The notes under the pieces were generated by a model that did not search any database, had not been told where the DNA came from, and saw only the letters and a program-made list of their open reading frames with translations. A stretch of 60,676 nucleotides of DNA, from the IMG/VR virus record IMGVR_UViG_3300021389_000023, positions 1-60,676 of that record. One strand, 5' to 3'. Position 1 is the stretch's first letter; each line of letters opens with the position of its first letter. The position numbers and the translations under genes are program-made. Origin of the DNA: a virus (Duplodnaviria; Caudoviricetes). Shown piece after piece: positions 47,401 to 54,211 of this stretch.

Positions 47401-49201
47401 TCTTAGGAAATTTACTTTTGGTAATGTTCTAAGGTTCTTTGCTACATCAGGAAATCCATTATTCATAGTAGGTAACACTGCGGTTGACTTTCAGAATATA
47501 CTATTCCTTGGAGATACCTATTCTAAATTTAAGTTAGTTGGAGGTGTTGAGCTTGGTTTTGATTTTGTAAACAATTCTTTGAAGAAAATATTTAACACTG
47601 GTAGTTACCAAAAAACCTATGAGGAGTTTATGACGTATGGTGGTGGTATGGATTTTCTATCTGTGGATGGTATAAAGGCAATTAAAGGTATCAGTAGGTT
47701 TAACAAGCCGAAGACTTTACTTCAAAAAGGAATGGTAAAGTGGGGTGAAGGATTATCCTACCTTGGGGAGACATCTGAGATGGCTTTTAGGTTGGCTGTA
47801 TATGAAAAAACAAGGTCAAAACTAATAAACCAATATAAAAAAGATAATAAGAAAGAACCTACAGGTCAGGATCTTGAGGATATACTTTATGAATCAGCTA
47901 GGGAATCTAGGGAGACCATTGATTTTAGTCAAGGAGGAGATCTTGTTAAATCAGCAGACTATGTACTACCATACCTGAATGCATCAGTACAAGGTGCTAG
48001 AAGGGCTGTTGATTACGCTTCAAAAAATCCAGGTGGTTTTGCATCTAGTATGATTCAGTATGCTGTTATGTCTGGAGGTCTTCTGGCTAGCTCTCTATAT
48101 ATGTTATCATCAGCATTCGATGATGAGGATGATGAAGAGGAGAAGGCTAAGAAGATGAAAGACGCATGGAGTAGTGTTAGTGATTACGAAAAATCAGCAT
48201 ACCACATAATATTTACAGGTGATGTTGATGAGGATGGGGAGTATGAATACTATAGGTTTAAAAAACTACCTGTTATAGGGTTACTGTCTACAACTGTTGA
48301 GGAGTCTATAATAAGTACGTACTTAAAATCAAAAGGTGTGGACTATGAATTTAATACAGAAAGCGTATCTAAGGCATTAGACAAAACATCTCCTATAGGT
48401 ATAACAGATATTGGTTCGAGAAACCCTGTAATATCTGGTGTACTTAGTTATGTGTACAATAAAGATACATTTACAGGAGAAGAAATTTTTAGAGGACCTA
48501 GAGGAAAGATAATACTTCCAGAGGCAGAGGGTATTTTAGATAATAAAGTAGAGCAGATATATAAAGACATAGCTCCTTTACTTGGAATGTCACCTAAAAG
48601 AACTCAGGTAATGGTTGAGAAGGTTATAACTAACGAAAGAACAAACCCATTGGTAGGAGTAATGTACGGTGGTTATAACGGTGTGTTTTCAAAGGAAACA
48701 ACTGTGGGTGAGGAGATGAAGGAGACAATGAATGGTGTATTAAAATCATTCAGCGGTAAGATAAAAAGATCAACCAACTCAAAGCTACAGGAATACAAAA
48801 AGATGGATGAGGTTAAAAAGGTTGAGGCTGAGATGGAAACTGAAATATACATTAAAGAGCAGAAGGTGTATAATGCTATAAAAGAAAAGAGAAAGAATAA
48901 GCAAGATATAGATGCTGGTTTCTTGAGGGATATTGTAAAGGAAAATTTTGAAAGAAAAGATTGGAAGAAGTATGGAAGAAAATTCTCAACATACGCAAAA
49001 AACGCAAACATAGATAGATCTATATTAGATTTAATCTACGAGGATACTCCAGAGGTTCAAGCTTATAAGATATTTTCAAGATATGGAGATGCTCTAGATG
49101 CTGATGAGAAGGAAGAACTTAAAAATGCTATAAAATCAGCCAGAAAAAATCTAAATAAGAAGGCATTAAGTATTTACAATAAGGAATACCGCAAAAAATA
49201 G
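38435..49201 (+). CDS. Giant polyvalent (ejection) protein: HD..GH domain, zincin peptidase (HEAFH), YRPGWH domain, HhH-glycosylase-like domain, ART-PolyVal-like ADP-ribosyltransferase, LPD38-like C-terminus
   Basis: 3588 aa; motifs FRAVHDFYGH, AHEAFH...EEKLAE, LAYRPGWH, HKVRNF..N...VTIDTH, FKNWFGDW...VVDENGEPLVVYHG...GIYFT, DFSQGG...PYLNASVQG. Confidence 0.85.
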   Translation: MDDKYIKDIYDNLGGESVFGNYNDYYSLITSDDSYIKDVYDSKGESVFGSYDDFVSLVKKKDDSVVSTSQEGVTESTTKEEEQTILSDASGVTVDTPTLDYYKPNKVDLQGVNEYLVSMGLDEVITPEKADTSIGDNNQYENIRNYFSKRNEPVDLNDRGVLESINKGLISDEDLILAGYKDPEVISTIKRQPTQEEIFNAKQKIYSRKTKTSDELDFAISQFKLDKPYIYEEKSSEDLSFIEYNYNSEDLSEANVNIKDFDGFLNEKGLKQDFINKAKTFESTYGSIYDLDLAKEMELSRMLDLYISEQSKRDIKQQKLQYEKEQGIDPDLTDDKYSFKLSDKNVSIPKINEYYKKNYPKLTEKLLETDSKNRDLYKKYLEGDFGNLDFLKEFGDQGYEGFETRLQNLSASFTDLIGFSNTAQGIRFQIEQEKLVDGDNLSYSYVGGKKVNIDGKNYIVDSNNQVYDADLKIRVTNYIDEDLRNNIIDKSVQFGTEDFSISSKGMAFETSNIVGDMVVQIGLQGSFTSGGKIVSAISNTDKVRRVLGYVPSSFKQLTKGLTIDRGIASSILAQSTLGASSGYEDTLLAAKEAGLSDKESVELARDASIQMAKLYALTAPISPQTKATEAIFGKIKNETIKDAIKAYKNIGKEGFIEIFEKAGRKATTYFEEGLKEAGQENIQQSGETLVVNKRTNELAGVKLKEDEVTVDSFINTSLLSLTSGFLMPFGGDLIGGARSKSKKLLGIDGVDRIKALRLLSENQEKLEKLLKVQQNKGIYSESQVAELLGDVRVYKDNVSKIPSDLKSDTALDVISDLESIRKLENKKKTLDPSFHEDIDKEISEIRESIKQKTKEDAIQEQETRDIPDAERAEGVQEMEEEVREPAVEETEEVTEQLSPEEKAETVSELINRPVTLTKLGGFDLDTPLEGDMYVDGQRIVVEDANGNITDIGNVDKISDKTLDEMGIEQQMPSVTTTDDGNIEFEGKIYNPESARIRRDSRGNITSVTLDQVGKPRSKTLRGKNAEDAAYNVLLRQAQQSTEIEQLLEQDEEFQNELRQAEEAAQGKTDQDTEQATTEESIASPEVTIEDAPDGTFLNIEMVEGKDGREMTQKEILDALPVEPLNVEVSGKTLVIQVPRKLSGSEMMKLAKDTEQDAIPQVSGKKGVLHAQSKEKMDLYEGKFIPNLFVKPKKIIKDEKPKAGNRLFNKPLKAVKAIADKYYKRIFKGERPRFEGVKKIDKEFAKRISDAFEAMQENPNDPEVKAAYEALAKETMDQYQDFKDAGYTIEVNNSEPYKNAQEMIDDLRDNKRMKIFSTESGFGDTPITEKQRKENPLLRDSGVKDVNGETLLVNDIFRAVHDFYGHAELGNGFGPVGEENAWNVHARMFSPLARRAMTTETRGQNSYVNFSGVNDEAFKLRDQARKLRKEGKEAEAEALVAKVYEIMKFADQKIGLLPEEFSSLEQDGVSKLREMFKSTSKRKQVDNALNALSKIAPDVEVILHESEQAYAEATGETGRKQKTAGTYDETIVDGKVKKVIHINPDKANARTVAHEAFHAIFLNIVKSDAEAQRLSAAMIKAVYKSAPAELKKLIDNFAESKNADGSNNYDSAVQNEEKLAELIGYLATEYDSLPKPTKNVIKRFLDRLAKMFGMKPFTDNEVIDVLNTIAGKVARGEAVTQEDLSSIQSNAKYVSQDEAKLWGTVPERKQVRTKPDPKKTVKAYKMFRVNKSKPGKLFPLFVNANDEVLMNTWLDAEVGELTKDGKVKSKIGNLAYRPGWHMGDLPIATHIGDKYNFKKGEVDKSLKKPTARSANHVWAEVEVAADVNWQEEANKRAKKTKAGKIIPRTAHITDRLPEDGYYRYKTNPNMTGEWLIGGSIKVTKLLTDDEVKAINDEAGVADLPRVKELDLKSIGFDRDTDVDLKVTPAPTDSKGNLKTPSKKSQNNLKKRKQNIIDGVKDQVVSGEIVSTSLPNKDDVHSSKEYVVGISSLEEMASTDNRAKDQYIKISKEAASYGISKTKNVNNFEDAKQVISEFKEVVKSNLKWLYDSVDKDVRDISKLWYDGANKISNDLANQYGYTTEQVAGVMAVLSPQMDWFRNLSLGERVIDIYKNNQDSLFDEKMIEFVNTKTTGTGKNKKPLFKNKEEIISRVKNKKLSELSSKDQSYFIRVYDEVYNSRNYNNITPNGEINGLVRTKNGNPGKVGWGDFSTIEKAISILNDGSVKNISTNLGNQHKVRNFFNNISNPNDKNAVTIDTHAVAAALLKPLSGKSKQVAYNFGGSSSVSTGMTGTYPVYADAYRELANELGILPREVQSITWEAGRGLFKAAFKSNKSNEQKIDNIWNKYNSGDISLKEAQSKIEKLAGGISTPVWYEYLADNNIESLDQNSAALDQSNLDEEPITRSRKQVNLAPNGKPSNLNQEQYDIVRTPKFKNWFGDWENDPENSSKVVDENGEPLVVYHGGPIIKGDSFRKGYADGNLRGDKGIYFTENKEFAKYFAHQNELVERDKRNFEYDDIPESELETGEPFNEKYFKYSEIYPVFLNLKKPTISETGNANLIPRLYEEGADGFITKSTSDFGYDAGQYIAFEPNQIKLADGSNKTFDPDAPSIRKQAPGRPSIGEIVRKGKQNNISDADIRQFAKEEGYTDAEITAAMNIPSSEEIVERSEKAIKDKLKKRDFKGTMRYLRKKIFDRQTYIKDVLKGVGNKKSVRAHNRLVTKAGAKGFANYRFKKAEKEIFSNLSEKEKKQLDALIYARRIVAINENRKKRGEDEYVGAGGYNYDKAKSEVEAFSNDKLSKRADKYFEVFNQNLKRLRDSGRISEDVYISLRDIEYSPIKTIKYIIGDNHSTSEMNNLANSIGVSQKDIMALSDENINDLITDSRWLLMMNISAVENRAATNEVLNLFYDAIESADADGLAAISDNILDNPIIGNKESGAPKFKYDDVKVPVGYRTVSFFKDGVEHKMVMREEYARQLLDIKVDDKTLKALRKFTFGNVLRFFATSGNPLFIVGNTAVDFQNILFLGDTYSKFKLVGGVELGFDFVNNSLKKIFNTGSYQKTYEEFMTYGGGMDFLSVDGIKAIKGISRFNKPKTLLQKGMVKWGEGLSYLGETSEMAFRLAVYEKTRSKLINQYKKDNKKEPTGQDLEDILYESARESRETIDFSQGGDLVKSADYVLPYLNASVQGARRAVDYASKNPGGFASSMIQYAVMSGGLLASSLYMLSSAFDDEDDEEEKAKKMKDAWSSVSDYEKSAYHIIFTGDVDEDGEYEYYRFKKLPVIGLLSTTVEESIISTYLKSKGVDYEFNTESVSKALDKTSPIGITDIGSRNPVISGVLSYVYNKDTFTGEEIFRGPRGKIILPEAEGILDNKVEQIYKDIAPLLGMSPKRTQVMVEKVITNERTNPLVGVMYGGYNGVFSKETTVGEEMKETMNGVLKSFSGKIKRSTNSKLQEYKKMDEVKKVEAEMETEIYIKEQKVYNAIKEKRKNKQDIDAGFLRDIVKENFERKDWKKYGRKFSTYAKNANIDRSILDLIYEDTPEVQAYKIFSRYGDALDADEKEELKNAIKSARKNLNKKALSIYNKEYRKK
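41001..41114 (+). CDS. Nested +1-frame gene, 37 aa: MPFKSKKQEIYLMLNEPKVYKKWKKKYGSLLSKKRKK
   Basis: Hand-translated; A-rich leader; matches the MPFKS..Q..Y...NEP...KW...YG small phage protein pattern as recalled. Confidence 0.7.
   Translation: MPFKSKKQEIYLMLNEPKVYKKWKKKYGSLLSKKRKK
41583..41678 (+). CDS. Nested +1-frame gene, 31 aa: MKNSKTNLDKLKKLPKAKQIKILSRLLQKKA
   Basis: Hand-translated; spans an acidic linker of the giant protein; A-rich leader. Confidence 0.45.
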   Translation: MKNSKTNLDKLKKLPKAKQIKILSRLLQKKA

Positions 49202-49432
49202 ATGTGTAATCCATGCGATCAGACCATTTATATTAAGCAGGACTAAGTTCCATTGCTTCCTTGTAGATACCTGAACGATAACACACAAGAAACCGATTAT
49301 ATAGAACACTGGCTCTATAGTCCACTGTGCAGCAATTAAAAGACCACTCCCCATGTATCCAATACGTGAGGAGAGTCTTTCGGTTGGTGTTAGTTTCTTT
49401 TTCCTTACAAGATTATTAAGATACGCCTTCAT
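49166..49432 (-). CDS. Small multi-pass membrane protein
   Basis: Three hydrophobic helices; converges on the giant gene. Confidence 0.7.
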   Translation of the reverse strand: MKAYLNNLVRKKKLTPTERLSSRIGYMGSGLLIAAQWTIEPVFYIIGFLCVIVQVSTRKQWNLVLLNINGLIAWITHLFFAVFLIVNT

Positions 49433-49568
49433 CTTGTTTGAGTTTTTCTATAGCTTCTTCGTAGTCAGGCATCCTTTTGATTGTTTCCATCATACCTATG
49501 ATCATAGTTGTTAACCTACTTACCTTTATCTCTAGTGCGTCTACTCGACTTTGTTTCCTGCTCTTCAT
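49416..49568 (-). CDS. Hypothetical 50-aa protein (MKSRKQSRVDALE...)
   Basis: Hand-translated; fills the gap. Confidence 0.55.
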   Translation of the reverse strand: MKSRKQSRVDALEIKVSRLTTMIIGMMETIKRMPDYEEAIEKLKQDEGVS

Positions 49569-49639
49569 CTAATTTTTGTTGTAGTTTTCTTATTAAATTA
49601 TAGTTAGGATTATCCTTTAATTTTTCTTCTAATATTTTT

Positions 49640-50032
49640 TTAATCATCTAAATATATTTCTAGAGCAGCCAACGCCCTCCATGCAACCTTGCCTAAGTGT
49701 AGCATTCCATCGTCGTCCAATGGATGATGAGAGTGATCAATCAGGTGTCTGACCAATGCATCTTCGTGATCAAAGCTCTTCTCTCTATCCCAGTGCAAGG
49801 GCTTATCAGGATGATGCTGGTCATTACCCAACTTACTTACCCTTGACACATATTTTAATGCCCTAGGAAAGTATTTAAGAACACCTGTATACACAGGCAT
49901 ACTCTTCCTGTCAACTTTCTCTCTAACATATGCAGCCTCTGTTCCACTTATAATATCGTAATTATTGTATCCAGTGTCACTGACCACCCATCTATTTTCG
50001 TCCTCTTCTAAAAGTTCTTTTCCTGTACTCAT
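49640..50032 (-). CDS. dATP/dGTP diphosphohydrolase-like protein (DUF5664)
   Basis: FPRAL..V..VS..G....W...DAL.RHL...HL...AWRALA pattern. Confidence 0.75.
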   Translation of the reverse strand: MSTGKELLEEDENRWVVSDTGYNNYDIISGTEAAYVREKVDRKSMPVYTGVLKYFPRALKYVSRVSKLGNDQHHPDKPLHWDREKSFDHEDALVRHLIDHSHHPLDDDGMLHLGKVAWRALAALEIYLDD

Positions 50033-50754
50033 AATTCCATTTTTACGTTAAACGCTGTATGACCTCCAATAATCACACCAACACCTATAGCCTCTTTCTT
50101 TCCGCCCTGCATATATCCCATAGCATAAGAAGAACTATCTATACCACAGCCTACAGCCAATGCAAATATAGCCCTGGTCTTACCGAACATCCACTCGCAA
50201 TACATATCCGTGTGATAGTGTCCAGAGACAGTAGAAACCATATCCCTCTTTACAGCTGTCCTTGGTTTACCACTCTTGTCTCCGTGAACATATCGAACGC
50301 CATCTATGTACACGTCAGTAACAAAACGCCAATTAGGTGTATTCAAAACCTCGCCAAACTCTTTAATCCACATACTAGGTATGTTAGATGTCTGAGCCTT
50401 TCTTATTATTATCCTGTCATGGTTTCCTAGTGTAACATCTGCATCTGGAAACGCCTTGTACCACTTAGCAAGCTTATCTATAGCCTTATTCAACTCATAC
50501 TTACCACCCATACCATCTGCCGATGACTCGTGATAGCTAGAGTAATGGTTGTCAATTATGTCTCCTATAAAAACAACCCTGTTGCAGTTATTCTCTGCAT
50601 AGGTTTTTTTACAAAATTCTAAATATCCATCCAAACAAAAGGGCTCATGCAGGTCACCAATACAAAGAACCCTGTTCTCTACCTTAGTAATCCTATCATA
50701 AGCCTTGCGTATGTTTCCTTTTAGTCTAGGTCTGTAGTCTTTTTTAGATTTCAT
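50029..50754 (-). CDS. Calcineurin-like metallophosphoesterase
   Basis: GDLH, GDIID, GNHD, HG and GHYH motifs. Confidence 0.9.
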   Translation of the reverse strand: MKSKKDYRPRLKGNIRKAYDRITKVENRVLCIGDLHEPFCLDGYLEFCKKTYAENNCNRVVFIGDIIDNHYSSYHESSADGMGGKYELNKAIDKLAKWYKAFPDADVTLGNHDRIIIRKAQTSNIPSMWIKEFGEVLNTPNWRFVTDVYIDGVRYVHGDKSGKPRTAVKRDMVSTVSGHYHTDMYCEWMFGKTRAIFALAVGCGIDSSSYAMGYMQGGKKEAIGVGVIIGGHTAFNVKMEL

Positions 50755-50977
50755 TTTTAAAAGTTTCTGTTAGATCTCTTAGTATTTCATTTATATTAAT
50801 CGAGATCTCTTCCACAGCACTAAAATCCTCGTCAAATAAAGACTCGTAAAGGTCGTCGCAAAGACTATTCACCATATGCATTGTGGTGTTTATAAATTTA
50901 ACTCTTTGCTGTTCATTATTCATATCATCATAAAAATATATAAAAATATCATACCTTTTATTAAAAGTTATTAACAA
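50744..50977 (-). CDS. Acidic hypothetical protein (true start probably the internal MNNEQQ)
   Basis: ORF track. Confidence 0.6.
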   Translation of the reverse strand: MLITFNKRYDIFIYFYDDMNNEQQRVKFINTTMHMVNSLCDDLYESLFDEDFSAVEEISININEILRDLTETFKNEI

Positions 50978-51213
50978 CCCCTATAGACCTCAGTCTTGAA
51001 TCCGTACTTCTCTAACTCCTTTAGTCTATATTCCTGAATCTTTGAAGTCTTACCTTTGGGAGTTTTGACTTCCGAGAAAATAACTGGTGTATTCGGAGGT
51101 ATAGCCACAATATCTGGTATTCCATTCTTATTGGTTTTAATTAGTTTAAGTACATAGTATCCCTCAGCTTCTAACTGATCGATACGCTTCTTTTGTATTT
51201 GTTGCTCAGTCAT
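50971..51213 (-). CDS. VRR-NUC (PD-(D/E)XK) nuclease
   Basis: E..IQ, GIPD, FSEVK and Q..R...L motifs. Confidence 0.85.
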   Translation of the reverse strand: MTEQQIQKKRIDQLEAEGYYVLKLIKTNKNGIPDIVAIPPNTPVIFSEVKTPKGKTSKIQEYRLKELEKYGFKTEVYRGC

Positions 51214-51451
51214 GATCTTCTTCTTCTACTCCACAAGTGGCACAGAACCTATGTCCAGGGTACCTGTCATAAGTATAAAACCACGTGCATTTTTCTTCTT
51301 TATATTCTAAATTCTCTTTCATCTTTTCTAAAATGTTTTAAATCCTTAATTAATTTCTATTACAGCCCATAAAATAGCTACTATCATCACTATCAAGAAT
51401 ACTATTCTGTTAAACTTTGTGTTTCTTGTTATCATAATTTTATTTTTAAAT

Positions 51452-51524
51452 ATTTACGCAATAGCTTTGCTACTGCTCATAACAGTCAATATAATGCATT
51501 GAAACGCATCATATCTTTGTGTTA
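51452..51524. repeat. 73-bp direct repeat copy 1 containing an attC-like hairpin
   Basis: One mismatch to 51811-51883; TAAC...(A/G)ATATAATGC/GCATCATATC...GTTA. Confidence 0.85.
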
Positions 51525-51580
51525 GCGAGTAATAAATTTTAACATAGCTTTTTTAAGAGCGTCGTTTGCTTCTTTTGTTT

Positions 51581-51778
51581 TCATAATTTCTCTATTTCTT
51601 GTTTAACTTCTTCTAGGAATGGCACTTCAATTTCTGCATCGTACTGATATCCACTATAAGACATTTCCAACATCTCATCTACACAAATTAACGCGCATTG
51701 TTTGGCCTTTGACTTCATATTTCTATCTCCAATTCTAAACCTACGTACTAACTCTTTTGCTTTATCTTCTGCTGTCAT
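51581..51778 (-). CDS. Conserved Flavobacteriia-phage small protein (KAKELV...AKQCALI.VDE...EVKQEIEKL)
   Basis: Motif recalled; lies between the two 73-bp repeats. Confidence 0.75.
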   Translation of the reverse strand: MTAEDKAKELVRRFRIGDRNMKSKAKQCALICVDEMLEMSYSGYQYDAEIEVPFLEEVKQEIEKL

Positions 51779-51810
51779 ATATTATTTCTATTTTAATTTT
51801 TCACTTTAAC

Positions 51811-51883
51811 ATTTACGCAATAGCTTTGCTACTGCTCATAACAGTCGATATAATGCATTGAAACGCATCATATCTTTGTGTTA
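51811..51883. repeat. 73-bp direct repeat copy 2 containing an attC-like hairpin
   Basis: As copy 1; identity stops immediately after GTTA. Confidence 0.85.
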
Positions 51884-51995
51884 TAAACAATTAAAAATAT
51901 CTTTAAAGTCTAACCAATAAAGTATTATTTTGTTTTTAATTCTTATAAAGAACCTATACTTTCTTCTGCGTCTTTGCTTGTCAATAAACTTTTGC

Positions 51996-52226
51996 CTATT
52001 CCAAGTCTTGTCTACTATGTTGTTTAATTTTCCCATATTCCTCAATGGCTTTTTTAATATCACCAATAGTATAAATACCTTGTGCAGTATTATCTAATGG
52101 CTCTACTTTTGTTTCATCTGGTAGTAAATGTGCTAATGGGTTTTCCCATCTAACATAGTGTGTTCTAAAGGCTACTTCTATAACTTCGCCTGTTGTCGGT
52201 ATTCTAATTCCAAATGTTGTACTCAT
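51996..52226 (-). CDS. Hypothetical protein
   Basis: 76-aa ORF with an A-rich leader. Confidence 0.7.
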   Translation of the reverse strand: MSTTFGIRIPTTGEVIEVAFRTHYVRWENPLAHLLPDETKVEPLDNTAQGIYTIGDIKKAIEEYGKIKQHSRQDLE

Positions 52227-52239
52227 AATATTTTTATTT

Positions 52240-52365
52240 TTAAATTAACGGTGCTTCGCTTTGCCCTACAACATCAAATAAAATCAATAACTCTTTATGT
52301 GCTTGTTCAGAAGTTATTTCTCCGTTTTGTAATCTTTCGTTTATTTCAAATAAATTATCTTTCAT
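52240..52365 (-). CDS. 41-aa ORF inside the third attC-like element (...KELLILFDVVGQSEAPLI)
   Basis: Hand-translated; starts in the loop and reads through one arm. Confidence 0.5.
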   Translation of the reverse strand: MKDNLFEINERLQNGEITSEQAHKELLILFDVVGQSEAPLI

Positions 52366-52396
52366 ATCGTTACTTGTTTTATCTGTTTCAGTTGTA
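52267..52396. repeat. Third attC-like imperfect inverted repeat
   Basis: TACAAC-atCAAATAAAATCAATAAC ... GTTACTTGTTTTATCTG-tttca-GTTGTA. Confidence 0.6.
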
Positions 52397-52411
52397 AATG
52401 TATTAAATTAT

Positions 52412-53647
52412 TTATAATCTTCCCACACGAGAAGTATCTTTTTTAAAATGCCTTAGCGTGTAGTCTTTTTTCTGTATAACAGTCCTGTATACTTTTTTCT
52501 CTATACCACCCTCAGAAAACAACCAATATACCTTGTTATAGTTCCTATCCTTGGTGGTCATCCTATCCCTAGCCTGCCAATAACTTGTGGCACTGAAGTC
52601 TATATTATAGAACACAATGAAGTCTGCATTCCTTAATGATATACCCTCACGACCACTAACAATCTGCAATGCAATATGCTTGTCCGTACTATTAAATGTC
52701 TCTAGGTCAGTACATATATCATCGCCAAAGACCTGCTTCAATGCATCTAACTCAGCCTTAAACTTGTAAAATATCCCTAGCTTATTACCTTCAAACTTCC
52801 ACTTAATAAAGTCAGCTTTACTGGTATCTAGGACCACACTTTTACCAGACTCAAACTTAACTGTCCCACTATACATCTGATGAAGTTTAGACATTAGCTT
52901 AACTCCTGTATCAGCAAGTATAGCCTCATCATCCATCTCGATAACAAGATCCTTCTTTAACTGACGACATAAGTCTCCAGTGTTCACTCTCACGGTTAGT
53001 ATCTCCTCCTCTATCTCGGAGCTGAATCCTGCCTGCTGTTGCGTGTACGATATCATGTATGGCTTCATAAGGTCATTTATACTCTGCCTGCCATCTGAAT
53101 AATTGTTTATCATGAATCCGTTTATCCTCTTCTGAGTCTTGTTTACATGGTCATCACAGAACCTGTAAAAGTTCTTGTACTCCTTGAATGGATTATTAGG
53201 GATACCATACACCTGATGATACATCTGACTGTAACTCTCAGGTGTTGGTGTCCCAGACAACAAACAAACAAATGGATTATTCTTTCTAATTAATTCTGAT
53301 ACCTGCTTAGCTCTCTTGCTAGGCTTAGGAAACGCACCCAATCCATGAGCCTCGTCCAGTATTATCATATCCCACTTTATATTAGGAGCCTTGTGTATGC
53401 TCTCGTAATTTATAATAAAAAGTGAAAACGAGTTAGGGCACATCAATTCATAGTCCGATGTTATAGACGATATCGCCTTCTTCTTTGTTAGAAATAGAAC
53501 ATTGTCTACATCTAACTCTTCTGCGATACCCAAACTAGTAAGCGTCTTACCAGTCCTAACTTCCATCGCAAGATACACAAACCTGTGTAAACTAATAACA
53601 TTGCTAGCATCTTTTATTATTTTTTTTTGATATTCTCTAAATTCCAT
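52412..53647 (-). CDS. SNF2-like (SF2) helicase
   Basis: VRTGKT, LDEAH, LSGTP, REGISL and QARDR motifs. Confidence 0.92.
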   Translation of the reverse strand: MEFREYQKKIIKDASNVISLHRFVYLAMEVRTGKTLTSLGIAEELDVDNVLFLTKKKAISSITSDYELMCPNSFSLFIINYESIHKAPNIKWDMIILDEAHGLGAFPKPSKRAKQVSELIRKNNPFVCLLSGTPTPESYSQMYHQVYGIPNNPFKEYKNFYRFCDDHVNKTQKRINGFMINNYSDGRQSINDLMKPYMISYTQQQAGFSSEIEEEILTVRVNTGDLCRQLKKDLVIEMDDEAILADTGVKLMSKLHQMYSGTVKFESGKSVVLDTSKADFIKWKFEGNKLGIFYKFKAELDALKQVFGDDICTDLETFNSTDKHIALQIVSGREGISLRNADFIVFYNIDFSATSYWQARDRMTTKDRNYNKVYWLFSEGGIEKKVYRTVIQKKDYTLRHFKKDTSRVGRL

Positions 53648-53883
53648 ATCTTTAAGTTTATTATATAATCCCTAAGGTCTGCACACTTCTCATAGTGCTC
53701 ATGCTTCTCCAAGACTTCAAGAGTATGCTCCGCTGAAATAAGTGCAGAAACATTATCGAAATTAGGATACTCTGATACATCTACAAAAAATAATGACCAG
53801 GCATCCTCTTCAACTATGTCATAAGGATCGTCCTCCAATATTAATACCCTGTACGTGTTCAGAGCAGCTGCAAATTCATCCAT
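53617..53883 (-). CDS. Hypothetical protein with a UVR-like C-terminal motif (EHYEKCADLRD)
   Basis: Motif. Confidence 0.65.
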   Translation of the reverse strand: MDEFAAALNTYRVLILEDDPYDIVEEDAWSLFFVDVSEYPNFDNVSALISAEHTLEVLEKHEHYEKCADLRDYIINLKIWNLENIKKK

Positions 53884-54211
53884 ACTTATTTCTTAAATGT
53901 TCGTAAACATAGTTTAAATTATTGTGTGCCTCAACCTGAGTATCAAAGACTAACTCACTTAATTTTTCTTTACTCAAAACCTTAACACCATTAACCATCT
54001 TATAGTCCCTACCCTCTGTCTTTATCCCTAGCCTACGGACTGCTATCTGATACTTGTTATTCATCACATAACAGTCCTTACCATTAGACTGATAAACATC
54101 ACAGACAGGCTTTATATACACCTGAAAATCATTATCGATACACCATCTCATGGCATCAAAATTCAAGCCCTGGTATACTCTCTTCAGTTTCTTTTTCCTC
54201 ATAATTTTCAT
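53876..54211 (-). CDS. Hypothetical protein (start uncertain)
   Basis: ORF track; overlaps the end of the primase gene. Confidence 0.6.
   Translation of the reverse strand: MKIMRKKKLKRVYQGLNFDAMRWCIDNDFQVYIKPVCDVYQSNGKDCYVMNNKYQIAVRRLGIKTEGRDYKMVNGVKVLSKEKLSELVFDTQVEAHNNLNYVYEHLRNKYG

Noticed and set aside
49640-50032. 2-aminoadenine (Z) genome
   Set aside because: No purZ, datZ-like HD hydrolase or phage DNA polymerase recognisable
51452-51883. Diversity-generating retroelement TR/VR pair or CRISPR
   Set aside because: Only one mismatch, non-coding, no reverse transcriptase in the genome; spacing too long for CRISPR
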